Source: Alphaproteobacteria bacterium UBA2903 (GTDB lineage: Bacteria; Pseudomonadota; Alphaproteobacteria; CAAGCB01; CAG-977). From it: a stretch of 64,000 nt of DNA. Below are positions 45,444 to 56,114 of the stretch, one piece after another (position 1 is the first letter of the stretch; each line of letters begins with the position of its first letter). The translations under genes and the position numbers were made by a program. The notes below the pieces were generated by a model. It was not told where the DNA came from and ran no database searches. It was given only the letters and a program-made list of their open reading frames with translations. The stretch lies in assembly GCA_002349565.1 (NCBI GenBank), contig DEDN01000035.1, forward strand, positions 4,980 to 68,979, read 5' to 3'.

Positions 45444-48215
45444 ATGGATACGATCAAAATACGCGGCGCGCGGGAACACAATCTGAAAAACATCGATTTG
45501 GACATTCCCAAAAACAAGCTGATTGTCGTCACGGGGCTGTCGGGATCGGGCAAGTCGTCTTTGGCGTTCGACACGCTGTATGCCGAAGGACAGCGCCGCT
45601 ATGTCGAAAGCTTGTCCGCTTACGCCCGTCAATTCGTCGATTTGATGAAAAAGCCCGACGTCGATTCGATTGAGGGATTGTCCCCCGCGATTTCAATCGA
45701 ACAGAAAACAACGTCGCACAACCCGCGTTCCATCGTCGGCACGGTGACCGAGATTTACGATTATATGCGTTTGCTGTGGGCGCGCGTCGGCGTGCCGTAT
45801 TCGCCCGCGACAGGATTGCCGATTGAAAGCCAAACCGTTTCCCAAATGGTGGACAAGGTGATGGCGATGCCGCAGGGAACGAAGCTTTTATTGCTTGCCC
45901 CCGTCGTGCGCGGCAGAAAAGGCGAATACAAAAAGGAAATCGCCGATTACCGCAAAAAGGGCTTTCAGCGTTTGAAAATCGACGGGGAAGTGTACGACAT
46001 TGACGACGTTCCCGATTTGAACAAAAACAACAAACATGACATTGCCGTCGTGGTCGACCGAATCGTCGTCAAAGACGGGATTGAAAGCCGGTTGGCGGAT
46101 TCGTTTGAAACGGCTTTGGAGCTGTCGGACGGATTGGCGGCGGCGGAAAACGCCGAAACGCACGCGGAAACGATGTTTTCGTCGCGCTATTCGTGTCCCG
46201 TGTCGGGCTTTACGATTGAAGAAATCGAACCCCGCCTGTTTTCGTTCAACAACCCGCACGGCTATTGTCCGGAATGCGAGGGCTTGGGCATCAAACTTTA
46301 CATCGACCCCGATTTGGTCATTCCCGACAAGGAAAAACGCCTTGACGAGGGCGCAATCGCTCCGTGGTCGGGCGCGAACGGCGAAATTTACCCGTGGCAC
46401 AGGGAAGCTTTGTACGGGCTGAGCCGCCGCTTCAATCTGGATTTGTCGGCGCGCTGGTGCGACTTGCCCGCCGAAACGCAAAAGGCGGTTTTGTACGGGA
46501 CGCCGACGTTTGAAGGCGTGATTCCGAACCTCAGCCGCCGATTTATCGAAACCGATTCCGAATATATGCGCGAAGAAATCCAGAAATTCCAAAACAATGT
46601 GGAATGCGAGGCTTGCCATGGCAAACGCTTGCGTCCCGAAGCTTTGGCGGTCAAAATCGACGGCAGGGACATTGCCGAAATCACGAACTTGTCGATTGCC
46701 GAGGCGCGCGACTGGTTTTCACGCGTCGGGGAAAAGCTGAAGCCGCAAAGCCGTGAAATCGCGGGCAGAATCCTGCGCGAAATCAACGAACGGCTGGAAT
46801 TTTTAATCAATGTCGGCTTGGGGTATTTGTCCCTAGGGCGGTCGTCGGGAACGCTGTCGGGCGGGGAAAGCCAGCGCATCCGCTTGGCGTCGCAAATCGG
46901 CACGGGCTTGACGGGCGTTTTGTATGTGCTGGACGAACCGTCCATCGGACTGCATCAGCGCGACAACGACCGCTTGCTGTCGACTTTGTTCCGTCTGCGC
47001 GATTTGGGCAACACGGTGGTTGTGGTCGAACATGACGAAGACGCGATGCGCGCCGCCGATATGCTGATTGACATGGGACCTTTGGCGGGATCGAAAGGCG
47101 GCAACGTCATTGCCGCGGGTACGCCGCAGGAGGTCGCCGACAACCTGAACAGTCTGACGGGACGCTATTTGTCGGGGACGAAGAAAATTCCCGTGCCGCA
47201 GCAGCACCGCGCGGGCAACGGCAAATTTTTGGAGGTTGTCGGCGCGCGCGTTCACAACTTGAAAAACATCAGCGTCAAGTTTCCTTTGGGGACGTTTACT
47301 TGCGTCACGGGCGTGTCGGGCGGGGGCAAGTCGTCTTTGGTCATTGAAACGTTGTACAAGGGATTGGCAAAAGCGTTGAACGGCACGCGGCTGATTGCGG
47401 GCGACTGCGATAAAATCGCGGGGCTGGAGAATATCGACAAAGTTATCGACATCGACCAATCCCCCATCGGGCGGACTCCGCGCAGCAATCCCGCGACGTA
47501 CACGGGGCTGTTTTCGCACATTCGCGACTGGTTTGCCGCTTTGCCTGAAGCCAAAATGCGCGGCTACAAATCGGGGCGTTTTTCCTTTAACGTCAAAGGC
47601 GGGCGATGCGAAGCCTGTCAGGGCGACGGCGTGCTGAAAATCGAAATGCACTTTTTGCCCGACGTATACGTCCAATGCGACGAATGCAAGGGCAAACGCT
47701 ACAACCGCGAAACGCTGGAGGTCAAATACAAAGGTAAATCCATCGCCGACGTTTTGGAAATGACGGTCGACGAAGCGGTGATGTTCTTTGACGCCGTGCC
47801 GCCGATTAAAAACAAGCTGAAGCTTTTACAGCAGGTCGGCTTGGGCTATATTCAGCTGGGGCAGTCGGCGACGACCCTTTCGGGCGGCGAAGCGCAGCGC
47901 ATCAAGCTGTCCAAGGAACTGTCCAAAAAAGCCACGGGGCGGACGCTGTACATTCTGGACGAACCGACGACGGGCTTGCACTTCGAGGATATTGCCAAGC
48001 TGCTGGAAGTCCTGCACAAATTGGTTGACCAAGGCAATACGGTGGTAGTCATCGAACATAACCTTGAAGTCATCAAAACGGCGGACAGGATTATCGATTT
48101 GGGACCCGAGGGCGGCAACGGCGGCGGGCAAATCGTCGTCGAAGGCACGCCCGAACAGGTGGCGCAATGCCCCGAAAGCTATACGGGGCAATACCTGAAA
48201 AAATACTTGAAGTGA
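45444..48215 (+). CDS. uvrA: Excinuclease ABC subunit A
   Basis: 923 aa. [58 protein letters not shown]... and a second ABC module [10 protein letters not shown]. Confidence 0.98.
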   Translation: MDTIKIRGAREHNLKNIDLDIPKNKLIVVTGLSGSGKSSLAFDTLYAEGQRRYVESLSAYARQFVDLMKKPDVDSIEGLSPAISIEQKTTSHNPRSIVGTVTEIYDYMRLLWARVGVPYSPATGLPIESQTVSQMVDKVMAMPQGTKLLLLAPVVRGRKGEYKKEIADYRKKGFQRLKIDGEVYDIDDVPDLNKNNKHDIAVVVDRIVVKDGIESRLADSFETALELSDGLAAAENAETHAETMFSSRYSCPVSGFTIEEIEPRLFSFNNPHGYCPECEGLGIKLYIDPDLVIPDKEKRLDEGAIAPWSGANGEIYPWHREALYGLSRRFNLDLSARWCDLPAETQKAVLYGTPTFEGVIPNLSRRFIETDSEYMREEIQKFQNNVECEACHGKRLRPEALAVKIDGRDIAEITNLSIAEARDWFSRVGEKLKPQSREIAGRILREINERLEFLINVGLGYLSLGRSSGTLSGGESQRIRLASQIGTGLTGVLYVLDEPSIGLHQRDNDRLLSTLFRLRDLGNTVVVVEHDEDAMRAADMLIDMGPLAGSKGGNVIAAGTPQEVADNLNSLTGRYLSGTKKIPVPQQHRAGNGKFLEVVGARVHNLKNISVKFPLGTFTCVTGVSGGGKSSLVIETLYKGLAKALNGTRLIAGDCDKIAGLENIDKVIDIDQSPIGRTPRSNPATYTGLFSHIRDWFAALPEAKMRGYKSGRFSFNVKGGRCEACQGDGVLKIEMHFLPDVYVQCDECKGKRYNRETLEVKYKGKSIADVLEMTVDEAVMFFDAVPPIKNKLKLLQQVGLGYIQLGQSATTLSGGEAQRIKLSKELSKKATGRTLYILDEPTTGLHFEDIAKLLEVLHKLVDQGNTVVVIEHNLEVIKTADRIIDLGPEGGNGGGQIVVEGTPEQVAQCPESYTGQYLKKYLK

Positions 48216-48250
48216 AAAAAAATCCCTTTTCGTTCGAAAAGGGATTTTTT
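48215..48250. terminator. Bidirectional Rho-independent terminator
   Basis: A-run, then tcccttttc-gttc-gaaaaggga (9 bp), then a T-run. Confidence 0.8.
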
Positions 48251-48253
48251 CCG

Positions 48254-49099
48254 TTATTTCAAAGGAATCGGGCTGACTTTGTATTGTCCCGGCGATAATT
48301 TTTTGCCCGTGTTGTTTTTGACGCCGTATTCTTCGCGCACATTGCCGTTTTGATTGACGGGCATAGCGGGTTCGGTCGGTTCGGCTTTGGGCAGGACGAA
48401 TTTTTTGGGATTCGACGGCAGGGCGTTTTTCTGGAAACGCATCATCACATATCCCGTGCCGCCGCCGTATGCCGCCCCCGAAACGCCGAAAGAATAGCTT
48501 GCCCCGATTTCGCCGTAATCCATATTGATGTAATCCAGCGCAAATACCGTGGACAGCATCGATGTCGAAACAGTCGTGAATTTGCAGCGGTATCCCGTGT
48601 CTTCCATCAAAACGTAATCGGGCGTTTTTACAAACAGCGCGTTGTTGGACGCTTTGCAGTTGGGGCGGACGCCGTTGTAGTGCATGTTGTAATCCAGCGC
48701 GATATTGATGGTTTGATCGACTTTGTTCAAACGGACGTCCAAGATCTTGGCAAAGTCGATGACGACCGTGGCGGGGGTGATGCCCGCTTTGATTTGAAAC
48801 TGGATGTAGTTTTCAAAACAGGAATGCGTTACGGGATCGGCTTCGCACAGCATAACCCGCGAATCCAAGTTGTTGTCGAACAGATTGTACAGGCTGTTGT
48901 ACATAAACTCGCGCGTCATGTTCGTTCTGGCGGGCGCGCATTGCGATGAACGGCAGATAACGACCGAAGACGGGGATTTCGGCGTGATGATCGTTGTTTG
49001 CTCAAACGGCGAAGAATAAAACGAACCGCATGACGACGTAACACCCGCAATCGTCACCGTCAACAGCGTTTTTTTCAGTAAATCCGATGCTTTGGACAC
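48254..49099 (-). CDS. Hypothetical lipoprotein
   Basis: GTG start. ...LLTVTIAGVTSSCG is lipobox-like. 281 aa with no other motif recognised. Confidence 0.55.
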   Translation of the reverse strand: MSKASDLLKKTLLTVTIAGVTSSCGSFYSSPFEQTTIITPKSPSSVVICRSSQCAPARTNMTREFMYNSLYNLFDNNLDSRVMLCEADPVTHSCFENYIQFQIKAGITPATVVIDFAKILDVRLNKVDQTINIALDYNMHYNGVRPNCKASNNALFVKTPDYVLMEDTGYRCKFTTVSTSMLSTVFALDYINMDYGEIGASYSFGVSGAAYGGGTGYVMMRFQKNALPSNPKKFVLPKAEPTEPAMPVNQNGNVREEYGVKNNTGKKLSPGQYKVSPIPLK

Positions 49100-49243
49100 C
49101 TTGGGAACCCCCGAATACAGTTTATAATTTCATTTTAACTTAGCAGTGAAATCTTACGAAAAGATAAAAAAAAGTGGACAGGCGGATTTTTTTCGTTCAG
49201 GGAACGGCGGTTTTCGGATAGGATGGGGAAAAAGGAGCCGACA

Positions 49244-50392
49244 ATGAAAAAATATTGCGCTTGGGCGGTGCTGGCGGCGGCGTTCGTGTGGTGTTCGATC
49301 GCCGTGTTCGGCTGTGCCGTTGATGTCGCTTATTGGGACGAAGTGCCGTTTTACGCCGCTTTGAAGCAGGGACGGAAAGCCGGGTTTTACTGGCAGACTT
49401 ATAACGAACACCGCATTGTGTTCACCAAGCTGCTGATGAGTTTCGGCACGCCGCTGACGTGGATTTATACGTCGTACGCCCTGTATGCGCTGACGGTTTT
49501 CGAACTGTGGCGCGTGGTGCGCAAAGCCGCGGGGGACGTGTGGTTTTTGCCGCTGCTGTTCGCGCCGCTGTTTTCCGATATGAACGCCGTCAATCTGCTG
49601 TGGGGATTTTCGTCGCAGTTTCACTTGATGATTTTGTTTGCTTTATTGGCGGTCGAATACGCTTTTTTGCGCCCCGAAACGGGAAAAAACAGACTGCTTT
49701 GCCTGCTGTTTTTGCTGCTGTCGTGCCTGTCGATGAACATTGTGTTCGCTTTGGGCGTGATGGCGGCGGTTCTGATGACGGACGGAATGCCGAAAAAAGC
49801 CGCCGCGCCGTGCTTTGCCGCCGTAATTGCCGTGTTTTTCATCGGATATGCTCCCGTCGGAACGGGCGCGAAAGCCGATATCCGCACAGCCGAATTCTGG
49901 CTCTACGCGATGAATGTCTTTTCCGCGTATTTCACGGGGTTTGACCGCTTTTCGCCGATTCACGCGGGATTGTTCGTTCTGCTGTTTTTGCCCTTGATCT
50001 GGCTGTTTTGCAAAAATTTGGACACCGACGACAGAAAAAGAATGGCTTTGTATGCCGTTGCGTTCGGTTCGCTGCTGTCGGCGGCGGGGATAGCCCGCAA
50101 CCGTTTCGGCGATCCGCTGATGCACCGTCACGCCGAAAGCGTCATGATTTGCATTCCTGCCGTGATGATGTTGCTTTATCCGATGAAAAAAGCGTTTTGG
50201 GCGGCGGCGGCAATTGTTGCGCTGGGATACAGCGCGCATTTCGGAACGGCGTCTTTTTACAAAATCAAAGCCGCCCGTTTGCAGGGCGCGGCTTGCGTTG
50301 AAGCGTTCAAAGCGGGACTAAACGACGGGAGTTGCCCGACTTTGTATCCGCGCAATATGGCGAAATTCGTTCAGCCCAACAGCCGCCAGTAA
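49244..50392 (+). CDS. Polytopic membrane protein (possibly GT-C-like glycosyltransferase; weak)
   Basis: AAGGAG RBS. About 10 hydrophobic segments. First loop ...AYWDEVPFYAAL...NEHRIVF. Confidence 0.55.
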   Translation: MKKYCAWAVLAAAFVWCSIAVFGCAVDVAYWDEVPFYAALKQGRKAGFYWQTYNEHRIVFTKLLMSFGTPLTWIYTSYALYALTVFELWRVVRKAAGDVWFLPLLFAPLFSDMNAVNLLWGFSSQFHLMILFALLAVEYAFLRPETGKNRLLCLLFLLLSCLSMNIVFALGVMAAVLMTDGMPKKAAAPCFAAVIAVFFIGYAPVGTGAKADIRTAEFWLYAMNVFSAYFTGFDRFSPIHAGLFVLLFLPLIWLFCKNLDTDDRKRMALYAVAFGSLLSAAGIARNRFGDPLMHRHAESVMICIPAVMMLLYPMKKAFWAAAAIVALGYSAHFGTASFYKIKAARLQGAACVEAFKAGLNDGSCPTLYPRNMAKFVQPNSRQ

Positions 50393-51570
50393 ACATCCGT
50401 GTTGAACAAAGCGGGATTGTTGCGGGCGTAATCCGCGGCGGTGGCGTTGTATTTGTCGGCTTGCTTCGGGTCGATTCCCTGTTCCAACAGAAACCCTGCA
50501 ACGGCAGGGTTGTCGTTGCTTGACGCGGCGGCAATCAGCAAAGTTTTGCCGTCCGCCATGGTTTCAAACGGGTTCGCGCCGTATTTGAACAAAGCTTCCA
50601 GCACTTGCGGATTCGGATTTTTCGCCGCCGCCCACATCGCGGGCGACGCGTTCAGCACTTTGTCCAAAACGGCAAGGCTTGCGCCGCCTTTCAGCAAAGA
50701 TTCCGTGATTGCGGCGTTGCTGTTTTCGACGGCGGCGATCATCAGGGGTGTCGCGCCGCGCTTGTCGCAGTCGTCGACCGCCGCGCCGTAACGCAGCAAA
50801 GCGTCGATAACGGCGGGGTTGCGCGCGCTTTGAGCCGCAAACATCAAAGCCGTCCGTCCGTCCAACGTTTTCATGGAAACGTCCGCTCCGCCCGCCAGAA
50901 GGGCTTCGACGACGGCGGCGTTCGGATTTTTTCCTGCCGCCAGCATCAGCGGCGTAAAGCCGTTGACCGTCGCGCGGTTGACTTTCGCCCCCATGGTCAG
51001 CAGAACGGCGATCATTTGCGGATTCGGGTTTTCTTTTGCCGCCGTCATCAGCGGCGTCGCGCCGTATTTTTCTTCGCGCTGACGGATGTCCGCACCGCTG
51101 TTGACAAGCAGAGCCGCGACGGCGGGATTGGGGTTGCTTTTCGCCGCCCACAGCAAAGCCGACAGTCCGTCTTTGTCGCGCGCGTTCAGCTCCGCCCCCG
51201 CGTCCAGCAAAGTTTCGATGACGGCGGGTTCGTGGTTCAGCGACGCGGCGAACATCAGCGGGGTTATTCCTTTTTTGTCGCGCGCGTTGACGTTAGCCCC
51301 TTTGGACAGCAGCAAATCGATCAGCGCGGCGTTTCGGGCTTTGGCGGCGGCGAAAAACAGCGCAGTCATGCCGCTGTTTTGCTGGGCGTCGATTTTCGCG
51401 CCCGCTTGAATCAGTGCGGCGGACGCCGATTCGTCGGGGCAGAGCATCGCGGCAAGCATCAGCGGCGTTGTTCCCATTCCGTCGCAGACGTTCGGACTGC
51501 CGCCTTCCGCCAAAGCCGCTTTGATTTCGCCCGCGTCGCCCGATTGAGCCGCTTCCAAAACATCCGTCAT
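50371..51570 (-). CDS. Ankyrin-repeat protein (about 11 repeats)
   Basis: Repeating G.TPLM.AA....NPAV+EALL.AGA.VNA.D unit throughout 399 aa. No signal peptide. Starts 17 nt downstream of hisI. Confidence 0.9.
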   Translation of the reverse strand: MTDVLEAAQSGDAGEIKAALAEGGSPNVCDGMGTTPLMLAAMLCPDESASAALIQAGAKIDAQQNSGMTALFFAAAKARNAALIDLLLSKGANVNARDKKGITPLMFAASLNHEPAVIETLLDAGAELNARDKDGLSALLWAAKSNPNPAVAALLVNSGADIRQREEKYGATPLMTAAKENPNPQMIAVLLTMGAKVNRATVNGFTPLMLAAGKNPNAAVVEALLAGGADVSMKTLDGRTALMFAAQSARNPAVIDALLRYGAAVDDCDKRGATPLMIAAVENSNAAITESLLKGGASLAVLDKVLNASPAMWAAAKNPNPQVLEALFKYGANPFETMADGKTLLIAAASSNDNPAVAGFLLEQGIDPKQADKYNATAADYARNNPALFNTDVYWRLLG

Positions 51571-51587
51571 CGCCGTATCCTTTCAGT

Positions 51588-51923
51588 TCAAAGTCCGCGG
51601 TAAAAACAAGTACGGTTTCCCGTGTGGCACGCCGCGCCCGTTTGGTCGACCAAAGCCAGCAAAGTGTCGCCGTCGCAGTCGATCCGCAATTCTTTCAGCA
51701 CTTGAATATGTCCCGACGTTTCCCCCTTGCGCCACAAGGTTTGGCGCGACCGTGAAAAATAACACATCCGTTTTTCGGCAATCGTTTCTTTCAGCGCGGT
51801 TTCGTTCATCCACGCCATCATCAGCACTTCGCGCGTGTCGAACTGCTGCGCGATGACGGGAACCAATCCCGCGGCGTTGTAGGAAACCAGACTTAAAAAA
51901 TCGTCGGAAGTGATTTTCTGCAT
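51588..51923 (-). CDS. hisI: Phosphoribosyl-AMP cyclohydrolase
   Basis: 111 aa. ...[22 protein letters not shown]...[10 protein letters not shown].....[20 protein letters not shown]. Confidence 0.92.
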   Translation of the reverse strand: MQKITSDDFLSLVSYNAAGLVPVIAQQFDTREVLMMAWMNETALKETIAEKRMCYFSRSRQTLWRKGETSGHIQVLKELRIDCDGDTLLALVDQTGAACHTGNRTCFYRGL

Positions 51924-51993
51924 TCTTTTTTACCTTTGAAAGTGTTAAAAGAAGATACAAACGGTTTCATAAAAAATCAAAGGGTTATTTCAA

Positions 51994-52824
51994 ATGACGG
52001 AAACTTTGCAGGATTTGCGGCGGGAAATCGACGAAACGGACGACGCTTTGCACGCGTTGATTATGCGCCGCGCCGAATTGGCGGAACGCATCGGCAGAGT
52101 CAAGGCTGAATCGGGGGAAAAGCGGGTTTTCCGCCCCGTGCGCGAAACGCAAATCATGCGGCGTCTGCTTCAAAACCACAAAGGCAATTTGGGCAAAGAC
52201 GTTATTATCCGTTTATGGCGCGAATTGATCAGCGCTTGCACCAATCTGCAGTCGCCGATGACGGCGGCGGTCTTTATGCCCGAACGCGGCATGGGGAATT
52301 TGGAGCTGACGCGCGATTATTTCGGGGCTTTTACGACTTTGCTGCCGTGCAAATCCGTCAATCTGGTGCTGAAAGAATTAACGCAGGGTGAGGCGGATCT
52401 GGCTGTTTTGTCCCTGCAGGACGATCAAAGCTGCTGGTGGTACGCTTTGGCGCAGGAACGCCGCCGCGCCGTTGCCGTGTTCGCAAAGCTGCCCGTTACG
52501 GGAACGGCGGACAACGGACGCATTGTGTTTGCTTTGGGCAAAGTGCCGTTTGAAGCGTCGGGCGACGACCGTACTTTGCTGGTGGTCGAAACGGACGGAA
52601 CGGTCAGTCTTGGCACGCTGGATCTGGTTTTGAAAGCGGGCGGCATCGCCACCAACGCGATTTACGATTCGTTTTCGCCCGACATGACCCGCAAAGCGTA
52701 TTTGTTCGAAGTCGAGGGCTTTTTGGAATCCGACGACGCCCGATTGGCTGCCGTTGTGAAAAAGGAAGACGGCAAAATCACCATGACGCGCGTTATCGGC
52801 GGTTTCCCGACTCCGTTTGTGTAA
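51994..52824 (+). CDS. Chorismate mutase family protein (N-terminal CM_2 domain plus C-terminal extension)
   Basis: LQDLRREIDETDDALHALIMRRAELAERIGRVK... It lies upstream of hisC, an arrangement I recall from Alphaproteobacteria. Confidence 0.78.
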   Translation: MTETLQDLRREIDETDDALHALIMRRAELAERIGRVKAESGEKRVFRPVRETQIMRRLLQNHKGNLGKDVIIRLWRELISACTNLQSPMTAAVFMPERGMGNLELTRDYFGAFTTLLPCKSVNLVLKELTQGEADLAVLSLQDDQSCWWYALAQERRRAVAVFAKLPVTGTADNGRIVFALGKVPFEASGDDRTLLVVETDGTVSLGTLDLVLKAGGIATNAIYDSFSPDMTRKAYLFEVEGFLESDDARLAAVVKKEDGKITMTRVIGGFPTPFV

Positions 52825-52827
52825 AGG

Positions 52828-53931
52828 ATGAAAATAATGGCAAAATTACCCGTACCCGCTCATCAAAGCATTATGACGCTGACCCCGTATGTCGGCGGCG
52901 CGTCGTCCGTCAAAGGCAAAGCGAAAGTCGTCAAACTGTCGTCGAACGAAGGCGCGTTCGGCACGAACCCGACGGTTGTCGAAGCCGTTAAACAAGGCGC
53001 GGAATCCCTGTTCCGCTATCCCGATGGGGGCAGCGTCGAACTGCGTCAAGCGATTGGTGCGGCGCACGGATTGGACGCGGACAGAATTGTTTGCGGGTCG
53101 GGGTCGGACGAACTTATCGGATTGCTGTGCCACGCGTATCTGAACGCGGGCGACAAAATCGTCATTACGCAGTACGCTTTTTTGATGTACCACCTGTACG
53201 CCGTCGGATGCGGAGCGGATGCAATCGTCGTTCCCGAAAAGGATTTCAAAGTCGATGTCGACGCGGTGATTAAAGCGATTACGCCCGAAACGAAAATCGT
53301 ATTCATCGCCAACCCCGGCAATCCGACGGGAACTTATGTCCCCCGCGAAGAAATGCGCAAGCTGTGCCGCGAAGTGCCGTCAAACGTGATGATTGTTCTG
53401 GACGCCGCTTATGCCGAATTTGCGGGACGTGAAGATTATACGGCGGGCGAAGATTTGGTTGACGAATTTCCGAACGTTGTGATGCTGCGCACGTTTTCCA
53501 AGATTTACGCGCTGGGCGGGATTCGTTTGGGCTGGTCGTATGCGTCAAAGGAAATCACAGACGTTTTGAACCGTGTCCGCGGTCCGTTCAATGTCAACAA
53601 AGCCGCCCAAATCGCGGGCGTCGCGGCGGTCAAGGATACGGCTTTCGTCAAAAAATGCTTTGACCACAATGCGAAATGGCTGGCGCGCCTGCCGCGGGAG
53701 TTCGAAAAGCTGGGCTTGACGATGACGCCGTCGGTTGCGAACTTTGTTCTGGTGCATTTTCCGCACACGGGCAAAACCGCCGAAAACGCGGATAAATACT
53801 TGCAGGAAAACGGCGTTATCGTGCGCAAAGTCGCCTCTTACGGCTTGCCCGACGCGCTGCGCATCACCATCGGCACGGATGAGGATATGGAACTGCTGCT
53901 GAAGCTGCTGCGCGACTATATGCTCGCTTAA
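52828..53931 (+). CDS. hisC: Histidinol-phosphate aminotransferase
   Basis: ...KLSSNEGAFG..., ...FIANPGNPTGTY..., ...RTFSKIYALGGIRLGW... Confidence 0.92.
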   Translation: MKIMAKLPVPAHQSIMTLTPYVGGASSVKGKAKVVKLSSNEGAFGTNPTVVEAVKQGAESLFRYPDGGSVELRQAIGAAHGLDADRIVCGSGSDELIGLLCHAYLNAGDKIVITQYAFLMYHLYAVGCGADAIVVPEKDFKVDVDAVIKAITPETKIVFIANPGNPTGTYVPREEMRKLCREVPSNVMIVLDAAYAEFAGREDYTAGEDLVDEFPNVVMLRTFSKIYALGGIRLGWSYASKEITDVLNRVRGPFNVNKAAQIAGVAAVKDTAFVKKCFDHNAKWLARLPREFEKLGLTMTPSVANFVLVHFPHTGKTAENADKYLQENGVIVRKVASYGLPDALRITIGTDEDMELLLKLLRDYMLA

Positions 53932-55052
53932 GGCGTTTCGTAGTCGGGATAGCGGTACAGCTTTCCTTCAAAGTTTTTCAACAGCAAAAAGTCGCCGTCG
54001 CGCCCCGCCACATGGTCGGGCGTCAGGACGATTTTTCCGCCGCCCCCCGGAATGTCGATGGCATAGGTCGGCACGGCGTATCCCGATGTGTATCCGCGCA
54101 AAGCGTCAATGATTTCCAGTCCTTTTTTGACGGGGACGCGGAAATGCATGGAGCCCTTTACAGGGTCGCATTGGAACAGGTAATAGGGACGGACGCGGAC
54201 TTTCAACAGCTTGTGCATCAGCGCTTTCAGCGTGTCGGCGTTGTCGTTTACGCCGCGCAGCAGTACGGTTTGCGAACCCGTCGGAATGCCCGCGTCGGCG
54301 ATTTTGCTGCAGGCTTCGTTCGTTTCTGCCGTCATTTCGTCGGGATGCGTGAAGTGCAGACTGAAAAACACGGGATGATATTTCTTAATCGTGTTCAACA
54401 GCGATTTTGTAAAGCGCATGGGCAGGACGGCGGGCGTTTTCGATCCGATGCGAATCATTTCGACGCTGGGAATCGCGCGCAAATTCGACAGCAGATAATC
54501 CAAAGCCGAATCGGGCATGGTCAGCGGATCGCCGCCCGAAATCAGCACGTCGCGGACTTCGGGGTGGTTGCGGATATAGGCGAACGCCTGTTCCCACATG
54601 GCTTTGCGGACGGGGGACAAGCCGTTTTTTTCCTTCAGCCGCCCGACCAGCCGCGACCGCGTGCAGTAGCGGCAGTAGTTGGAGCAAAATTCGGTCGTCA
54701 AAAACAAAACGCGGTCGGGGTAGCGGTGAACCAGCCCGGGGGTGACCATGCACGGTTCTTCGCCCAGCGGATCGTCGTTTTCGCCCGCGGATTCCGTCAT
54801 TTCCGCCAGCGACGGCAGAACAGTACGGCGCACGGCGGGGGAACGCGCGACAACCGAAGCGTAATAGGGCGTGACCGCAACGGGAAAAGCGTTGCCCATC
54901 GCTTGCTTTTCTTCGTCCGTCAATGTCAGAAAGCGGGAAAAATCCGCTGCTTTTGTCAAACGGTTTCTGATTTGCCAGCGCCAGTCGAACCAGTCGGCGT
55001 CGGAAACTTCGGGGTAAAATTCGCGTTTGAAAACAAGAGTTTCGGTTGACAT
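53928..55052 (-). CDS. KamA-family radical SAM protein (lysine 2,3-aminomutase-like)
   Basis: CSNYCRYCTRSR (CxxxCxxC), N-terminal ...DWFDWRWQIRNRL..., ...SGGDPL... Confidence 0.9.
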   Translation of the reverse strand: MSTETLVFKREFYPEVSDADWFDWRWQIRNRLTKAADFSRFLTLTDEEKQAMGNAFPVAVTPYYASVVARSPAVRRTVLPSLAEMTESAGENDDPLGEEPCMVTPGLVHRYPDRVLFLTTEFCSNYCRYCTRSRLVGRLKEKNGLSPVRKAMWEQAFAYIRNHPEVRDVLISGGDPLTMPDSALDYLLSNLRAIPSVEMIRIGSKTPAVLPMRFTKSLLNTIKKYHPVFFSLHFTHPDEMTAETNEACSKIADAGIPTGSQTVLLRGVNDNADTLKALMHKLLKVRVRPYYLFQCDPVKGSMHFRVPVKKGLEIIDALRGYTSGYAVPTYAIDIPGGGGKIVLTPDHVAGRDGDFLLLKNFEGKLYRYPDYETP

Positions 55053-55116
55053 AAAAACGTCCTTTGGTGTTTAATGAAAAGTTAATGGGATACTATCCGA
55101 ATTGAACGGAAAAGAA

Positions 55117-55380
55117 ATGAAAAAAATAATTTTTTTTATGGCGGCTCTGCTGTGGGCGGGAACTGGAAACGCCGCCGACATCAAAAACACGGATGCCGTG
55201 CGTTACGATTTGCTGGTCAAAACAGCGGACGGCAAATTCAAAACGGTGCTGGAACCGAACGGCTTTATCGCGGCTTTGTGTTCGAACTGCACCGTCGAAG
55301 TTGTCGGATACAGCCTGATTGATATCGAAAACGAAAAAACGATTGTCGTCAAAGACGGCGTTTTGAAAGTCAAAAGCTGA
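55117..55380 (+). CDS. Small secreted hypothetical protein
   Basis: Signal peptide MKKIIFFMAALLWAGTGNA. 87 aa. Directly upstream of the second pilin-like gene. Confidence 0.5.
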   Translation: MKKIIFFMAALLWAGTGNAADIKNTDAVRYDLLVKTADGKFKTVLEPNGFIAALCSNCTVEVVGYSLIDIENEKTIVVKDGVLKVKS

Positions 55381-55478
55381 TGTGTTGAGTGTTCCGTGCC
55401 GACGGACGGGCTTGCTTTGACGGGCAGGCGTTATTATTCCGCGTCATGCGGAAGGATTCGGTGCAAAAGGAGAGAGAG

Positions 55479-56093
55479 ATGAATAAAACAAGTTCCGCGC
55501 AAAGCGGGCGGTCGATTATCGAAATGCTGGGGGTTCTGGCGATTATCGGCGTATTGACCGTTGGCGGCATTGCGGGATTTTCGGCGGCGATGTCGAAACA
55601 CAAGATCAACCAAATCACCGATCAGGTGCAGCGCATGGTAACGAATATCCGTGCTTTGTACGCGGGAAAGCGGACGTATGCCGGATTGGACAACAAAACG
55701 GCGTATACCATGGGCATTTTCGACGACGGTTTTTGCGATACGCCGGAATGCGAAAATCCGACAAACAGCTACAAAGGTTCGATCCTGCTGGGGCTGCAAA
55801 ACGGAAATCATCATTTTTCCATTACTTACAACGGGTTGACCCGCGACGCCTGCACGCGCTTGGCAATGAAAGAATGGGGCGATTCCGCCAGCGGCTTTTT
55901 GACGCTGATTGTCAACGGAACGGAACAAAAAGCCCCCTCTTTGGCGCATTACACATCTGACGGCGCGCATATTTTCACGGCTGAAAAGCGGGAAATTCCC
56001 GTGCCTTTGGCAAAAGCCGTGGCGGCATGCGACCACCAGACGGCGACGGGCAGCGTTGACGGAACGGCGTCGATTTCGTGGATTTACCGCTGA
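55479..56093 (+). CDS. Type IV pilin-like protein, paralog of 42526..43122
   Basis: AAAGGAGAG RBS. MNKTSSAQSG|RSIIEMLGVLAIIGVLTVGGIAGF. It shares ...TDQ.Q.MVTNIR.L.AG.R.Y.GLD..TAY.MGI..., ...DACTR..M..WGD..SGFL... and the C-terminal ...W.YR with the other copy. Confidence 0.78.
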   Translation: MNKTSSAQSGRSIIEMLGVLAIIGVLTVGGIAGFSAAMSKHKINQITDQVQRMVTNIRALYAGKRTYAGLDNKTAYTMGIFDDGFCDTPECENPTNSYKGSILLGLQNGNHHFSITYNGLTRDACTRLAMKEWGDSASGFLTLIVNGTEQKAPSLAHYTSDGAHIFTAEKREIPVPLAKAVAACDHQTATGSVDGTASISWIYR

Positions 56094-56114
56094 CGGCGTG
56101 AAGGAAGGTGTCCG

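Noticed and set aside
50371-50392. 22-nt convergent overlap of the membrane-protein and ankyrin genes. TTAA-sharing stop overlaps also occur at 35133-35136 and 53928-53931.
   Set aside because: Short convergent 3' overlaps are frequent in compact genomes. Nothing suggests a regulatory role beyond compaction.
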